A stretch of 64,000 nucleotides of DNA, taken from Eledone cirrhosa (taxonomy: Eukaryota). How positions within the stretch are numbered: the stretch's first letter is position 1; each line of letters starts with the position of its first letter. The notes below the pieces were generated by a model, which saw only the letters and a list, made by a program, of their open reading frames with translations, did no database searches and was not told where the DNA came from. Shown piece by piece: positions 1-16,583 of the stretch. Location: NCBI GenBank assembly GCA_964016885.1, contig OZ024743.1, positions 176,700,001 through 176,764,000 on the forward strand, read 5' to 3'. A program made the position numbers and the translations under genes.

Positions 1-3000
1 CACTCTCAACTTCACCATCATCATGATTATCATTTTGCCAACACTATCAACTTCATCATCATCATCATTATCATTTTACCAACACTATCAAATTCATCAT
101 CATCACTATAACCATCATCATCATTATCATTTTTACCAAAACTATCAACTTCATCATCATCATTATAACCATCATCACCATTATCATTTTACCAACACTA
201 TCAACTTCATCATCATCACTATAACCATCATCATCATTATCATTTTTACCACACTATCAACTTCATCATCATCACTATAACCATCATCACCATTATCATT
301 TCACCAACACTATCAACTTCACCATCATCACCATTATCATTTTACCAACAATATCAACTTCATCATCATCACTATAACCATCATTACCATTATCATTTTA
401 CCAACACTATCAACTTCATCATCATCACTATAACCATCATTACCTTTATCATTTTACCAACACTATCAACTTCATCATCATCACCATAACCATCATTACC
501 ATTATCATTTTACCAACACTATCAACTTCATCATCATCACTATAACCATCATCACCTTTATCATTTTGCCAACACTTTCAACTTCATCATCATCATCACT
601 ATAACCATCATCACCATTATCATTTTTACCAACACTATCAACTCCATCATCATCATCATTATCATTTTGCAAGACTATCAACTTCATCATCATCATCATT
701 ATCATTTTACCAACACTATCAACTTCATCATCATCCCTATAACCATCATCACCATTATAATTTTGCCAAAACTATCAACTTCACCATCATCACTATAACC
801 ATTATCATTTTACCAACACTATCAAAGTTATCATCATCACTATAACCATCATCACCATTATCATTTTGCCAACACTATCAACTTCATCATCATCACTATA
901 ACCATCATCACCATTATCATTTTACCAACACTATCAACTTTATCATCATCACTATAACCATCATCACCATTATCATTTTACCAACACTATCAACTTTATC
1001 ATCATAACTATAGCCCTCATCACCATTATCATTTTACCAACACTATCAACTTTATCATCATCACTATAACCATCATCACCATTATCATTTTACCAACACT
1101 ATCAACTTCACCATCATCACTATAACCATAATCACCATTATCATTTTTACCAACACTATCAACTCCATCATCATCATCATTATCATTTTACCAACACTAT
1201 CAACTTCATCATCACTATAACCATAATCACCATTATCATTTTACCAACACTATCAACTACATCATCATCAATATAACCATCATCACCATTATCATTTTAC
1301 CAACACTATCAAATTCATCATCATCACTATAACCATCATCACATTAGCATTTTTACCAACACTATCAACTTCATCATCATCATTATAACCATCATCACCA
1401 TTATCATTTTAGCAACACTATCAACTTCATCATCATCACTATAACCATCATCATGTTTATAATTTTTCAACACTATTAACTTCATCATCATCCCTATAAC
1501 CATCATCATCATTATCATTTTTACCAACACTATCAACTTCATCATCATCACTATAACCATCATCTTCATAATCATTTTTACCAACACTATCAACTTCATC
1601 ATCATCATTATCATTTTACCAACACTATCAACTTCATCATCATTCCTATAACCATCATCATCATTATCATTTTTACCAACACTATCAACTTCATCATCAT
1701 CACTATAACCATCATCATCATTATCATTTTTACCACACTATCAACTTCATCATCATCACTATAACCATCATCACCATTATCATGTTACCAACAGTATCAA
1801 CTTCATCATCATCACCATTATCATTTTACCAACACTATCAACTTCACCATAACCACCATTATCATTTTACCAACACGATCAACTTCAGCATAACCACCAT
1901 TATCAATTTACCAACACTATCAACTTCATCATCATCACTATAACCATCATCATCATTATCATTTTTACCACACTATCAACTTCATCATCATCACTATAAC
2001 CTTCATCACCATTATCATTTCACCAACACTATCAACTTCACCATCATCACCATTATCATTTTACCAACAATATCAACTTCATCATCATCACTATAACCAT
2101 CATTACCATTATCATTTTACCAACACTATCAACTTCATCATCATCACTATAACCATCATTACCTTTATCATTTTACCAACACTATCAACTTCATCATCAT
2201 CACCATAACCATCATTACCATTATCATTTTACCAACACTATCAACTTCATCATCATCACTATAACCATCATCACCTTTATCATTTTACCAACACTATCAA
2301 CTTCATCATCATCAATATAACCATCATCACCATTATCATTTTGCCAACACTTTCAACTTCATCATCATCATCACTATAACCATCATCACCATTATCATTT
2401 TACCAACACTATCAACTTAATATCATCAATATAACCATCATCATCATTATCATTTTGCCAAGACTATCAACTTCATCATCATCATCATTATCATTTTACC
2501 AACACTATCAACTTCATCATCATCCCTATAACCATCATCACCATTATAATTTTGCCAAAACTATCAACTTCACCATCATCACTATAACCATTATCATTTT
2601 ACCAACACTATCAAAGTTATCATCATCACTATAACCATCATCACCATTATCATTTTGCCAACACTATCAACTTCATCATCATCACTATAACCATCATCAC
2701 CATTATCATTTTACCAACACTATCAACTTTATCATCATCACTATAACCATCATCACCATTATCATTTTACCAACACTATCAACTTTATCATCATAACTAT
2801 AGCCATCATCACCATTATCATTTTACCAACACTATCAACTTTATCATCATCACTATAACCATCATCACCATTATCATTTTACCAACACTATCAACTTCAC
2901 CATCATCACTATAACCATAATCACCATTATCATTTTTACCAACACTATCAACTCCATCATCATCATCATTATCATTTTACCAACACTATCAACTTCATCA

Positions 3001-6000
3001 TCACTATAACCATAATCACCATTATCATTTTACCAACACTATCAACTACATCATCATCAATATAACCATCATCACCATTATCATTTTACCAACACTATCA
3101 AATTCATCATCATCACTATAACCATCATCACATTAGCATTTTTACCAACACTATCAACTTCATCATCATCATTATAACCATCATCACCATTATCATTTTA
3201 GCAACACTATCAACTTCATCATCATCACTATAACCATCATCTTGATTATAATTTTTCAACACTATTAACTTCATCATCATCCCTATAACCATCATCATCA
3301 TTATCATTTTTACCAACACTATCAACTTCATCATCATCACTATAACCATCATCATCATAATCATTTTTACCAACACTATCAACTTCATCATCATCATTAT
3401 CATTTTACCAACACTATCAACTTCATCATCATTCCTATAACCATCATCATCATTATCATTTTTACCAACACTATCAACTTCATCATAACCACCATTATCA
3501 TTTTACCAACACGATCAACTTCACCATAACCACCATTATCAATTTACCAACACTATCAACTTCATCATCATCACTATAACCATCATCATCATTATCATTT
3601 TTACCACACTATCAACTTCATCATCATCACTATAACCATCATCACCATTATCATTTCACCAACACTATCAACTTCACCATCATCACCCTTATCATTTTAC
3701 CAACACTATCAACTTCATCATCATCACTATCAACTTCACCATCATCACCCTTATCATTTTACCAACACTATCAACTTCATCATCATCACTATAACCATCA
3801 TCACCATTATCATTTTACCAACACTATAAACTTCATCATCATCACTATAACCATCATCACCATTATCATTTTACCAACACTATCAACTTCACCATCATAA
3901 CCATTATCATTTTACCAACACTATCAACTTCATCATCATCACCATTATCATTTTACCAACAATATCAACTTCATCATTATCACTATAACCATCATCATCA
4001 TTATCATTTTACCAACACAATCAAGTTTATCATCATCACCATTATCATTTTGCCAACACTATCAACTTCATCATCATCATCATTATCATTTTACCAACCA
4101 CTATCAACTTCATCAGCATCACTATAACCATCATCATCATTATCATTTTACCAACACTATCAACTTCATCATCATCACTATAACCATCATTACCATTATC
4201 ATTTTTACCAACACTATCAACTTCATCATTATCACTATAACCATCATCACCATTATCATTTTTACCAACACTCTCAACTTCACCATCATCATGATTATCA
4301 TTTTGCCAACACTATCAACTTCATCATCATCATCATTATCATTTTACCAACACTATCAACTTCATCATCATCACTATAACCATCATCATCATTATCATTT
4401 TTACCAAAACTATCAACTTCATCATCATCATTACAACCATCATCACCATTATCATTTTACCAACACTATCAACTTCATCATCTTCACCATTATCATTTAC
4501 CAACACTATCAACTTCATCATCATCACTATAAGCATCATCACCATTATCATTTTATCAACGCAATCAACTTCATCAACATCACTATAACCATCATCATCA
4601 TTATCATTTTACCAACACTATCAACTTCATAATCATCACTATAACCATCATCACCATTATCATTTTACCAACACTATCAACTTCATCATCATCACCATTA
4701 TCATTTTACCAACACTATCAAGTTCATCATCATCACTATAAGCATCATCACCATTATCATTTTACCAACACTATCAACTTCATAATCATCACTATAATCA
4801 TCATCACCATTATCATTTTACCAACACTATCAACTTCATCATCATCACCATTATCCTTTTACCAACACTATCAACTTCATCATCATCATTATAACCATCA
4901 TCACCATTATCATTTTACCAACAGTATCAACTTCATCATCATCACCATTATCATTTACCAACACTATCAACTTCATCATCATCACTATAAGCATCATCAC
5001 CATTATCATTTTATCAACGCAATCAACTTCATCATCATCACTATAACCATCATCATCATTATCATTTTACCAACACTATCAACTTCATAATCATCACTAT
5101 AACCATCATCACCATTATCATTTTACCAACACTATCAACTTCACCATCATAACCATTATCATTTTACCAACACTATCAACTTCATCATCATCACCATTAT
5201 CATTTTACCAACAATATCAACTTCATCATTATCACTATAACCATCATCATCATTATCATTTTACCAACACAATCAAGTTTATCATCATCACCATTATCAT
5301 TTTGCCAACACTATCAACTTCATCATCATCATCATTATCATTTTACCAACACTATCAACTTCATCATCACTATAACCATAATCACCATTATCATTTTACC
5401 AACACTATCAACTACATCATCATCAATATAACCATCATCACCATTATCATTTTACCAACACTATCAAATTCATCATCATCACTATAACCATCATCACATT
5501 AGCATTTTTACCAACACTATCAACTTCATCATCATCATTATAACCATCATCACCATTATCATTTTAGCAACACTATCAACTTCATCATCATCACTATAAC
5601 CATCATCATGATTATAATTTTTCAACACTATTAACTTCATCATCATCCCTATAACCATCATCATCATTATCATTTTTACCAACACTATCAACTTCATCAT
5701 CATCACTATAACCATCATCATCATAATCATTTTTACCAACACTATCAACTTCATCATCATCATTATCATTTTACCAACACTATCAACTTCCTCATCATTC
5801 CTATAACCATCATCATCATTATCATTTTTACCAACACTATCAACTTCATCATCATCACTATAACCATCATCATCATTATCATTTATACCACACTATCAAC
5901 TTCATCATCATCACTATAACCATCATCACCATTATCATGTTACCAACAGTATCAACTTCATCATCATCACCATTATCATTTTACCAACACTATCAACTTC

Positions 6001-9000
6001 ACCATAACCACCATTATCATTTTACCAACACGATCAACTTCACCATAACCACCATTATCAATTTACCAACACTATCAACTTCATCATCATCACTATAACC
6101 ATCATCATCATTATCATTTTTACCACACTATCAACTTCATCATCATCACTATAACCATCATCACCATTATCATTTCACCAACACTATCAACTTCACCATC
6201 ATCACCCTTATCATTTTACCAACACTATCAACTTCATCATCATCACTATCAACTTCACCATCATCACCCTTATCATTTTACCAACACTATCAACTTCATC
6301 ATCATCACTATAACCATCATCACCATTATCATTTTACCAACACTATAAACTTCATCATCATCACTATAACCATCATCACCATTATCATTTTACCAACACT
6401 ATCAACTTCACCATCATAACCATTATCATTTTACCAACACTATCAACTTCATCATCATCACCATTATCATTTTACCAACAATATCAACTTCATCATTATC
6501 ACTATAACCATCATCATCATTATCATTTTACCAACACAATCAAGTTTATCATCATCACCATTATCATTTTGCCAACACTATCAACTTCATCATCATCATC
6601 ATTATCATTTTACCAACCACTATCAACTTCATCAGCATCACTATAACCATCATCATCATTATCATTTTACCAACACTATCAACTTCATCATCATCACTAT
6701 AACCATCATTACCATTATCATTTTTACCAACACTATCAACTTCATCATTATCACTATAACCATCATCACCATTATCATTTTACCAACATTATCAACTTCA
6801 TCATCATCACTATAACCATCATCACCATTATCATTTTTACCAACACTCACAACTTCACCATCATCATGATTATCATTTTGCCAACACTATCAACTTCATC
6901 ATCATCATCATTATCATTTTACCAACACTATCAACTTCATCATCATCACTATAACCATCATCATCATTATCATTTTTATCAAAACTATCAACTTCATCAT
7001 CATCATTACAACCATCATCACCATTATCATTTTACCAACACTATCAACTTCATCATCTTCACCATTATCATTTACCAACACTATCAACTTCATCATCATC
7101 ACTATAAGCATCATCACCATTATCATTTTATCAACGCAATCAACTTCATCAACATCACTATAACCATCATCATCATTATCATTTTACCAACACTATCAAC
7201 TTCATAATCATCACTATAACCATCATCACCATTATCATTTTACCAACACTATCAACTTCATCATCATCACCATTATCATTTTACCAACACTATCAAGTTC
7301 ATCATCATCACTATAAGCATCATCACCATTATCATTTTACCAACACTATCAACTTCATAATCATCACTATAATCATCATCACCATTATCATTTTACCAAC
7401 ACTATCAACTTCATCATCATCACCATTATCCTTTTACCAACACTATCAACTTCATCATCATCATTATAACCATCATCACCATTATCATTTTACCAACACT
7501 ATCAACTTCATCATCATCACCATTATCATTTACCAACACTATCAACTTCATCATCATCACTATAAGCATCATCACCATTATCATTTTATCAACGCAATCA
7601 ACTTCATCATCATCACTATAACCATCATCATCATTATCATTTTACCAACACTATCAACTTCATAATCATCACTATAACCATCATCACCATTATCATTTTA
7701 CCAACACTATCAACTTCACCATCATAACCATTATCATTTTACCAACACTATCAACTTCATCATCATCACCATTATCATTTTACCAACAATATCAACTTCA
7801 TCATTATCACTATAACCATCATCATCATTATCATTTTACCAACACAATCAAGTTTATCATCATCACCATTATCATTTTGCCAACACTATCAACTTCATCA
7901 TCATCATCATTATCATTTTACCAACCACTATCAACTTCATCAGCATCACTATAACCATCATCATCATTATCATTTTACCAACACTATCAACTTCATCATC
8001 ATCACTATAACCATCATCACGATTATCATTTTTACCAACACTAGCAACTTCATCATCATCACTATAACCATCATCACCATTATCATTTTACCAACACTAT
8101 CAACTTCACCATCTTCACTATAAATATCATCACCATTATCATTTTACCAACACTATCAACTTCATCATCATCACTATAACCATCATCACCATTATCATTT
8201 TACCAACACTATCAACTTCATCATCATCACTATAACCATCATCACGATTATCATTTTTACCAACACTAGCAACTTCATCATCATCACTATAACCATCATC
8301 ACCATTATAATTTTACCAACACTATCAGCTTCATCATCATCACTATAAACATCATCACCATCATCATTTTACCAACACTATGAACTTTATCATCTTGACT
8401 ATAAACATCATCAACATTATCATTTTTACCAACACTATCAACTTCATAATCATCACCATTATAATTTTACCAACACTATCAACTTCACGATCTTCACTAT
8501 AAACATCATCACCATTATCATTTTATCAACACTATCAACTTCATCATCATCACTATAACCATCATCACATTAGCATTTTTACCAACACTATCAAGTTCAT
8601 CATCATCATTATAACCATCATCACCATTATCATTTTTACCAACACTATCAACTTCACCATCATCACTATAACCATCATTACCTTTATCATTTTATCAACA
8701 CTATCATGTTCATCATCATCACTATAACCATCATCACCATTATCATTTTACCAACACTATCAACTTCATTATCATCAATATAACCATCATCACCATTATC
8801 ATTTTACCAAAACTACCAACTTCAACATCATCACTATAACCATCAACACCATTATCATTTTACCAACACTATCAACTTCATTATCATCAATATAACCATC
8901 ATCACCATTATCATTTTACCAAAACTACCAACTTCACCATCATCACTATAACCATCATCATCATTATCATTTTTACCAACACTATCAATTTCATCAACAT

Positions 9001-9425
9001 CACAATTATCATTTTATCAACACTATCAACTTTATCATCATCACTATAACCATCATCAACATTATCATTTTTACCAACACTATCAACTTCATCATCATCA
9101 CTATAACAATCATCACCATTATCATTTCACCAACACAATCAACTTCATCAGCATCATCAGCATAACCATCATCACCATTATCATCTTACCAACACAATCA
9201 ACTACATCATCATCATCACTATAACCATCATCACCATTATCATTTTACCAACACAATCAACTTCATCATCATCATCACTATAACCATCATCACCATTATC
9301 ATTTTACCAACACAATCAACTTCATCATCATCATCACTATAACCATCATCAACATTATCATTTTACCAACACTATCAACTTCATCATCATCACTATAACC
9401 ATCATCACCATTATTATTTTACCAA

Positions 9426-9613
9426 TGGGCGATGGATTGGCAGTATCGGTAGAAAATCGGACACCATGCTCTGAAGCATAGATTTACCTCCCGATATGAT
9501 ATGAGATCAAATTCCGTGGAGGTAAACTTTGCCTTTCATCCTTACGGGGTCCATAAAATAATGTACCAGTAATGTACTGGGTAATTGCTGTCCTTGTGCC
9601 TAGCGTAGAAACA
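9426..9613 (+). mobile_element. tRNA-derived SINE embedded in satellite
   Basis: A-box-like TGGCAGTATCGG, degenerate B box, central CTTTGCCTTTCATCCTTACGGGGTC..TAAAATAATGTACCAG (resembles the Nin/Deu conserved SINE domain), tail TGCTGTCCTTGTGCCTAGCGTAGAAAC; same family as many other copies in the window. Confidence 0.85.
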
Positions 9614-12600
9614 ATTATCATTTTTACCAACACTATCAACTTGATCATCATCACTATAACCATCATCACCATTATCATTTTACCAACACTATCAACTTCA
9701 CCATCTTCACTATAAACATCATCACCATTATCATTTTACCAACACTATCAACTTCATTATCATCAATATAACCATCATCACCATTATCATTTTACCAACA
9801 CTATCAACTTCACCATCTTCACTATATACATCATCACCATTATCATTTTACCAACACTATCAACTTCATTATCATCAATATAACCATCATCACCATTATC
9901 ATTTTACCAACACTATCAACTTCATCATCATCACCATAACCGTCATTACCATTATCATTTTACCAACACTATCAACTTCATCATCATCACTATAACCATC
10001 ATCACCATTATCATTTTACCAACACTATCAACTTCATTATCATCAATATAACCATCATCACCACTATCATTTTACCAAAACTACCAACTTCAACATCATC
10101 ACTATAACCATCAACACCATTATCATTTTACCAACACTATCAACTTCATTATCATCAATATAACCATCATCACCATTATCATTTTACCAAAACTACCAAC
10201 TTCACCATCATCACTATAACCATCATCATCATTATCATTTTTACCAACACTATCAACTTCATCATCATCATCATTATCATTTTACCAACACTATCAACTT
10301 CATCAGCATCACTATAACCATCATCATCATTATCATTTTACCAACACTATCAACTTCATCATCATCACTATAACCATCATTACCATTATCATTTTTACCA
10401 ACACTATCAACTTCATCATTATCACTATAACCATCATCACCATTATCATTTTACCAACATTATCAACTTCATCATCATCACTATAACCATCATCAGCATT
10501 ATCATTTTTACCAACACTCTCAACTTCACCATCATCATCATTATCATTTTGCCAACACTATCAACTTCATCATCATCATCATTATCATTTTACCAACACT
10601 ATCAAATTCATCATCATCACTATAACCAACATCATCATTATCATTTTTACCAAAACTATCAACTTCATCATCATCATTATAACCATCATCACCTTTATCA
10701 TTTTACCAACACTATCAACTTCATCATCATCACTATAACCATCATCACCATTATCATTTTACCAACACTATCAACTTCATCATCACCACCATTATCATTT
10801 ACCAACACTATCAACTTCATCATCTTCACTATAAGCATCATCACCATTATCATTTTATCAACGCAATCAACTTCATCAACATCACTATAACCATCATCAT
10901 CATTATCATTTTACCAACACTATCAACTTCATAATCATCACTATAACCATCATCACCATTATCATTTTACCAACACTATAAACTTCATCATCATCACCAT
11001 TATCATTTTACCAACACTATCAAGTTCATCATCATCATTATAAGCATCATCACCATTATCATTTAACCCACACTATCAACTTCATAATCATCACTATAAT
11101 CATCATCACCATTATCATTTTACCAACACTATCAACTTCATCATCATCACCATTATCCTTTTACCAACACTATCAACTTCATCATCATCAATATAACCAT
11201 CATCACTATTATCATTTTACCAACACTATCAACTTCACCATCTTCACTATAAATATCATCACCATTATTATTTTACCAACACTATCAACTTCATCATCAT
11301 CACTATAACCATCATCACCATTATCATTTTACCAACACTATCAACTTCATCATCATCATTATAACCATCATCACGATTATCATTTTTACCAACACTAGCA
11401 ACTTCATCATCATCACTATAAACATCATCACCATCATCATTTTACCAACACTATCAACTTTATCATCATGACTATAAACATCATCAACATTATCATTTTT
11501 ACCAACACTATCAACTTCATAATCATCACCATAATAATTTTACCAACACTATCAACTTCACCATCTTCACTATAAACATCATCACCATTATCATTTTATC
11601 AACACTATCAACATCTTCATCATCACTATAACCATCATCACATTAGCATTTTTACCAACACTATCAACTTCATCATCATCGTTATAACCATCATCAGCAT
11701 TATCATTTTTACCAACACTATCAACTTCACCATCATCACTATAACCATCATTACCTTTATCATTTTATCAACACTATCAACTTCATCATCATCACTATAA
11801 CCATCATTACCTTTATCATTTTATCAACACTATCATTTTCATCATCATCACTATAACCATCATCATCATTATCATTTTTACCAACACTATCAACTTCATC
11901 ATCATCACCATTATCATTTTACCAACACTATCAAGTTCATCATCATCACTATAAGCATCATCACCATTATCATTTAACCCACACTATCAACTTCATAATC
12001 ATCACTATAATCATCATCACCATTATCATTTTACCAACACTATCAACTTCATCATTATCACCATTATCCTTTTACCAACACTATCAACTTCATCATCATC
12101 AATATAACCATCATCACCATTATCATTTTACCGACACTATCAACTTCACCATCTTCACTATAAATATCATCACCATTATTATTTTACCAACACTATCAAC
12201 TTCATCATCATCACTATAACCATCATCACCATTATCATTTTACCAAAACTATCAACTTCATCATCATCACTATAACCATCATCACGATTATCATTTTTAC
12301 CAACACTAGCAACTTCATCATCATCACTATAACCATCATCACCATTATCATTTTACCAACACTATCAACTTTATCATCATCACTATAAACATCATCAACA
12401 TTATCATTTTTACCAACACTATCAACTTCATAATCATCACCATTATAATTTTACCAACACTATCAATTTCACCATCTTCACTATAAACATCATCACCATT
12501 ATCATTTTATCAACACTATCAACATCTTCATCATCACTATAACCATCATCACATTAGCATTTTTACCAACACTATCAACTTCATCATCATCGTTATAACC

Positions 12601-14258
12601 ATCATCAGCATTATCATTTTTACCAACACTATCAACTCCACCATCATCACTATAACCATCATTACCTTTATCATTTTATCAACACTATCAACTTCATCAT
12701 CATCACTATAACCATCATTACCTTTATCATTTTATCAACACTATCATTTTCATCATCATCACTATAACCATCATCATCATTATCATTTTTACCAACACTA
12801 TCAATTTCATCATCATCACAATTATCATTTTATCAACACTATCAACTTCATCATCATCACTATAACCATCAACAACATTATCATTTTTACCAACAGTATC
12901 AAATTCATCATCACTATAACCATCATCATCATTATCATTTTTACCAAAACTATCAACTTCATCATCATCATTATAACCATCATCACCATTATCATTTTAC
13001 CAACACTATCAACTTCATCATCATCACTATAACCATCATCACCATTATCATTTTACCAACACTATCAACTTCATCATCATCACCATTATCATTTACCAAC
13101 ACTATCAACTTCATCATCATCACTATAAGCATCATCACCATTATCATTTTATCAACGCAATCAACTTCATCATCATCACTATAACCATCATCATCATTAT
13201 CATTTTACCAACACTATCAACTTCATAATCATCACTATAACCATTATCATCATTATCATTTTACCAACACTATCAACTTCATAATCATCACTATAACCAT
13301 CATCACCATTATCATTTTACCAACACTATCAACTTCATCATCATCACTATAAACATCATCACCATCATCATTTTACCAACACTATCAACTTTATCATCAT
13401 GACTATAAACATCATCAACATTATCATGTTTACCAACACTATCAACTTCATAATCATCACCATTATAATTTTACCAACACTATCAACTTCACGATCTTCA
13501 CTATAAACATCATCACCATTATCATTTTATCAACACTATCAACTTCATCATCATCACTATAACCATCATCACATTAGCATTTTTACCAACACTATCAACT
13601 TCATCATCATCATTATAACCATCATCACCATTATCATTTTTACCAACACTATCAACTTCACCATCATCACTATAACCATCATTACCTTTATCATTTTATC
13701 AACACTATCAACTTCATCATCATCACTATAACCATCATTACCTTTATCATTTTATCAACACTATCATTTTCATCATCATCACTATAACCATCATCATCAT
13801 TATCATTTTTACCAACACTATCAATTTCATCATCATCACAATTATCATTTTATCAACACTATCAACTTTATCATCATCACTATAACCATCATCAACATTA
13901 TCATTTTTACCAACACTATCAACTTCATCATCATCACTATAACAATCATCACCATTATCATTTTATCAACACTATCAACTTCATCATCATCACTATAACC
14001 ATCATCACCATTATCATTTCACCAACACAATCAACTTCAACAGCATCATCAGCATAACCATCATCACCATTATCATCTTACCAACACAATCAACTACATC
14101 ATCATCATCACTATAACCATCATCACCATTATCATTTTACCAACACAATCAACTTCATCATCATCATCACTATAACCATCATCACCATTATCATTTTACC
14201 AACACTATCAACTTCATCATCATCACTATAACCATCATCACCATTATTATTTTACCAA

Positions 14259-14446
14259 TGGGCGCTGGATTGGCAGTATCGGTAGAAAATCGGACACCAT
14301 GCTCTGAAGCATAGATTTACCTCCCTATATGATATGAGATCAAATTCCGCGGAGGTTAACTTTGCCTTTCATCCTTACGGGGTCCATAAAATAATGTACC
14401 AGTAATGTACTGGGTAATTGCTGGCCTTGTGCCTAGCGTAGAAACA
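14259..14446 (+). mobile_element. Second copy of the satellite-embedded SINE (duplicated with its flanks)
   Basis: Near-identical to 9426-9613 with about 5 substitutions, same satellite flanks, offset 4833 bp. Confidence 0.85.
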
Positions 14447-15059
14447 ATTATCATTTTTACCAACACTATGAACTTGATCATCATCACTATAACCATCATC
14501 ACCATTATCATTTTACCAACACTATCAACTTCATTATCATCAATATAACCATCATCACCATTATCATTTTACCAACACTATCAACTTCACCATCTTCACT
14601 ATATACATCATCACCATTATCATTTTACCAACACTATCAACTTCATTATCATCAATATAACCATCATCACCATTATCATTTTACCAACACTATCAACTTC
14701 ATCATCATCACCATAACCATCATTACCATTATCATTTTACCAACACTATCAACTTCATCATCATCACTATAACCATCATCACCATTATCATTTTACCAAC
14801 ACTATCAACTTCATTATCATCAATATAACCATCATCACCGTTATCATTTTACCAAAACTACCAACTTCACCATCATCACTATAACCATCATCACCATTAT
14901 CATTTTTACCAACACTATCAACTTCATCATCATCACCATAACCATCATAATTATCATTTTCATCATCATCATCATCATTATCATCCCCATCAGCACTACC
15001 TCCATTGTCTATATCACCATCAACATTATTAAGATCATCATCATCGCATTTATAATTAG

Positions 15060-15660
15060 ATTTGAGAGTGGCAGAATGTGTAGAGTAAAGGATTAACGGC
15101 TTTGCGTTATTGAGTTACGCCCTCATACGTCTTAACTAAAAGTCAGAATAGGTTGACTTTGTCCATTCTGCAAGGGTCGATAAAATTGATTATCAGTCAA
15201 GTAGCGGCTGTTTTCTATTCTTCAAAATGTATGGCTTGTAAATTGCGCCTATGCTAGAAACTCAGTATCGGTAGAGTTTCGTACGCCATGATTTGCAGTA
15301 TAGAGTTACGGCCCTTTACGGTCTGAGTTGAAATCCCGCCGAGGTTCACCTTACGGTGTCGATAAAATAAAGCACCAGTAATGCACTGGGATAATTGCTG
15401 GCCTTGTGCCAAAAGTAGAAAAAATTATTATTTCATCAACAAGGACAGTGATTTGGCAGTAGAGCGTCGGACAACATGCTCTGAGACATTTAGTTCCGGC
15501 CATATACGTTCTTATTTGAAATCCCGCCGAGGTTAATTTTGCCATTCATCTTTACGGGGTCGATAGAATAAAGTACTAGTAACGTATTGGGATCGATTTA
15601 ATTGACATTCTTCCCTCTTCACCCCCACAAAAAAATTGTTAAATCAGGAACCATTATCAT
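15060..15660 (+). mobile_element. Cluster of three tandem, variably decayed SINE copies
   Basis: Repeated GAAATCCCGCCGAGGTT..CTTACGG(T/G)GTCGATA and GCTGGCCTTGTGCCAAAAGTAGAAA motifs. Confidence 0.75.
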
Positions 15661-15861
15661 TATAAAAGTGCTGAACTATGGAAGCACACACACACACCCA
15701 CACACATATATATATATATATATTGCGCTTTTGTGTGTGTGTGTTTTCAAAGAGATATCAACATGAATGGACCTGTTATTTTTATCTAAAGACATTTATC
15801 TAAAGACATTTTTTCCGATTCCAACCCATCCAACCCTTCAATCTATCTTATTTCTCATTCT

Positions 15862-15899
15862 TTCTTCTGATGAAGGACTAGCGTCCGAAACGTCAGGAA
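15862..15899 (+). ncRNA. Minimal type I hammerhead ribozyme
   Basis: TTCTT-CTGATGA-A-GGAC tagc GTCC-GAAA-CG-TC-AGGAA. Helix I TTCTT/AGGAA (one GU), helix II GGAC/GTCC, palindromic ACGT helix III, GUC triplet. Unit tail runs into (CA)n. Confidence 0.8.
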
Positions 15900-15978
15900 C
15901 CTCTTCCTTCTATTTCAAGCGTTAACCTAATATATTCCTTCCATATACTGCACCGATTGTGCTGTTAATTCTGTTTAC

Positions 15979-16112
<134 letters not shown>

Positions 16113-16338
16113 GTATCAGTGTATATATATATATTTCGTTTCTGAATTTGTTTAGCAAGATTCTTTATCTGAAATTGTGTGTTGAAACCCATATTGTTAT
16201 ACTTTGGGAGGGTCATGTTGCCAATAAGAAACACACGCACCAGTTGCTTTCACTTCAATTTATTATAATAAATTTATAATAAATTTATAAATTTCTGGTT
16301 GGTTGGTTGGTTCCACAACCAGATAGTTGTTTATATAT

Positions 16339-16383
16339 AGTCATAGTTCTTTCGTCACACACTCTGTGACCTCTTCAGTGACT
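16339..16383 (-). ncRNA. Type I hammerhead ribozyme in the PLE pseudo-LTR
   Basis: Minus strand AGTCA-CTGAAGA-G-GTCACA gagtg TGTGAC-GAAA-GAAC-TA-TGACT: perfect 5-bp helix I, 6-bp helix II, CUA triplet. Confidence 0.85.
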
Positions 16384-16583
16384 GGGGATTCCTTTCTTTG
16401 TTTCTGTGCCTCTCCTTTGTTCTGTCCTACGCCATTTTGTTTCTGTGTGTGTGTTGTGTGCTCAGTCTGCGCATGCGCCACATCCGGGTGTCTGTGTGTC
16501 TTTATGTTCATTTATTTATTTGTTTATTTACATGTTACTGGTTGGTTGTTAGTTCTATGTGTGTGTGTGTTTTCATTTTGTCC

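Larger units (their letters stand above)
1..14990. repeat. Satellite array, 56-bp unit (TTTTACCAACACTATCAACTTCATCATCATCACTATAACCATCATCACCATTATCA) with 41-bp deletion variant and kb-scale higher-order repeats
   Basis: Period 56 read directly (TATAACC at 841 and 897). Near absence of G on +. Diagnostic variant blocks recur at 1339/3128/5494 and 4291/6866. Array runs off the left edge. Confidence 0.97.

Noticed and set aside
23-10890. His-rich and Met-rich ORFs in the satellite
   Set aside because: Translation by-products of (CAT)n-derived units; 56 and 41 are not multiples of 3, so frames break constantly.
1-14990. CRISPR-like array or telomeric repeat
   Set aside because: No unique spacers, no cas genes, eukaryotic context, and no TTAGGG/TTAGG units.
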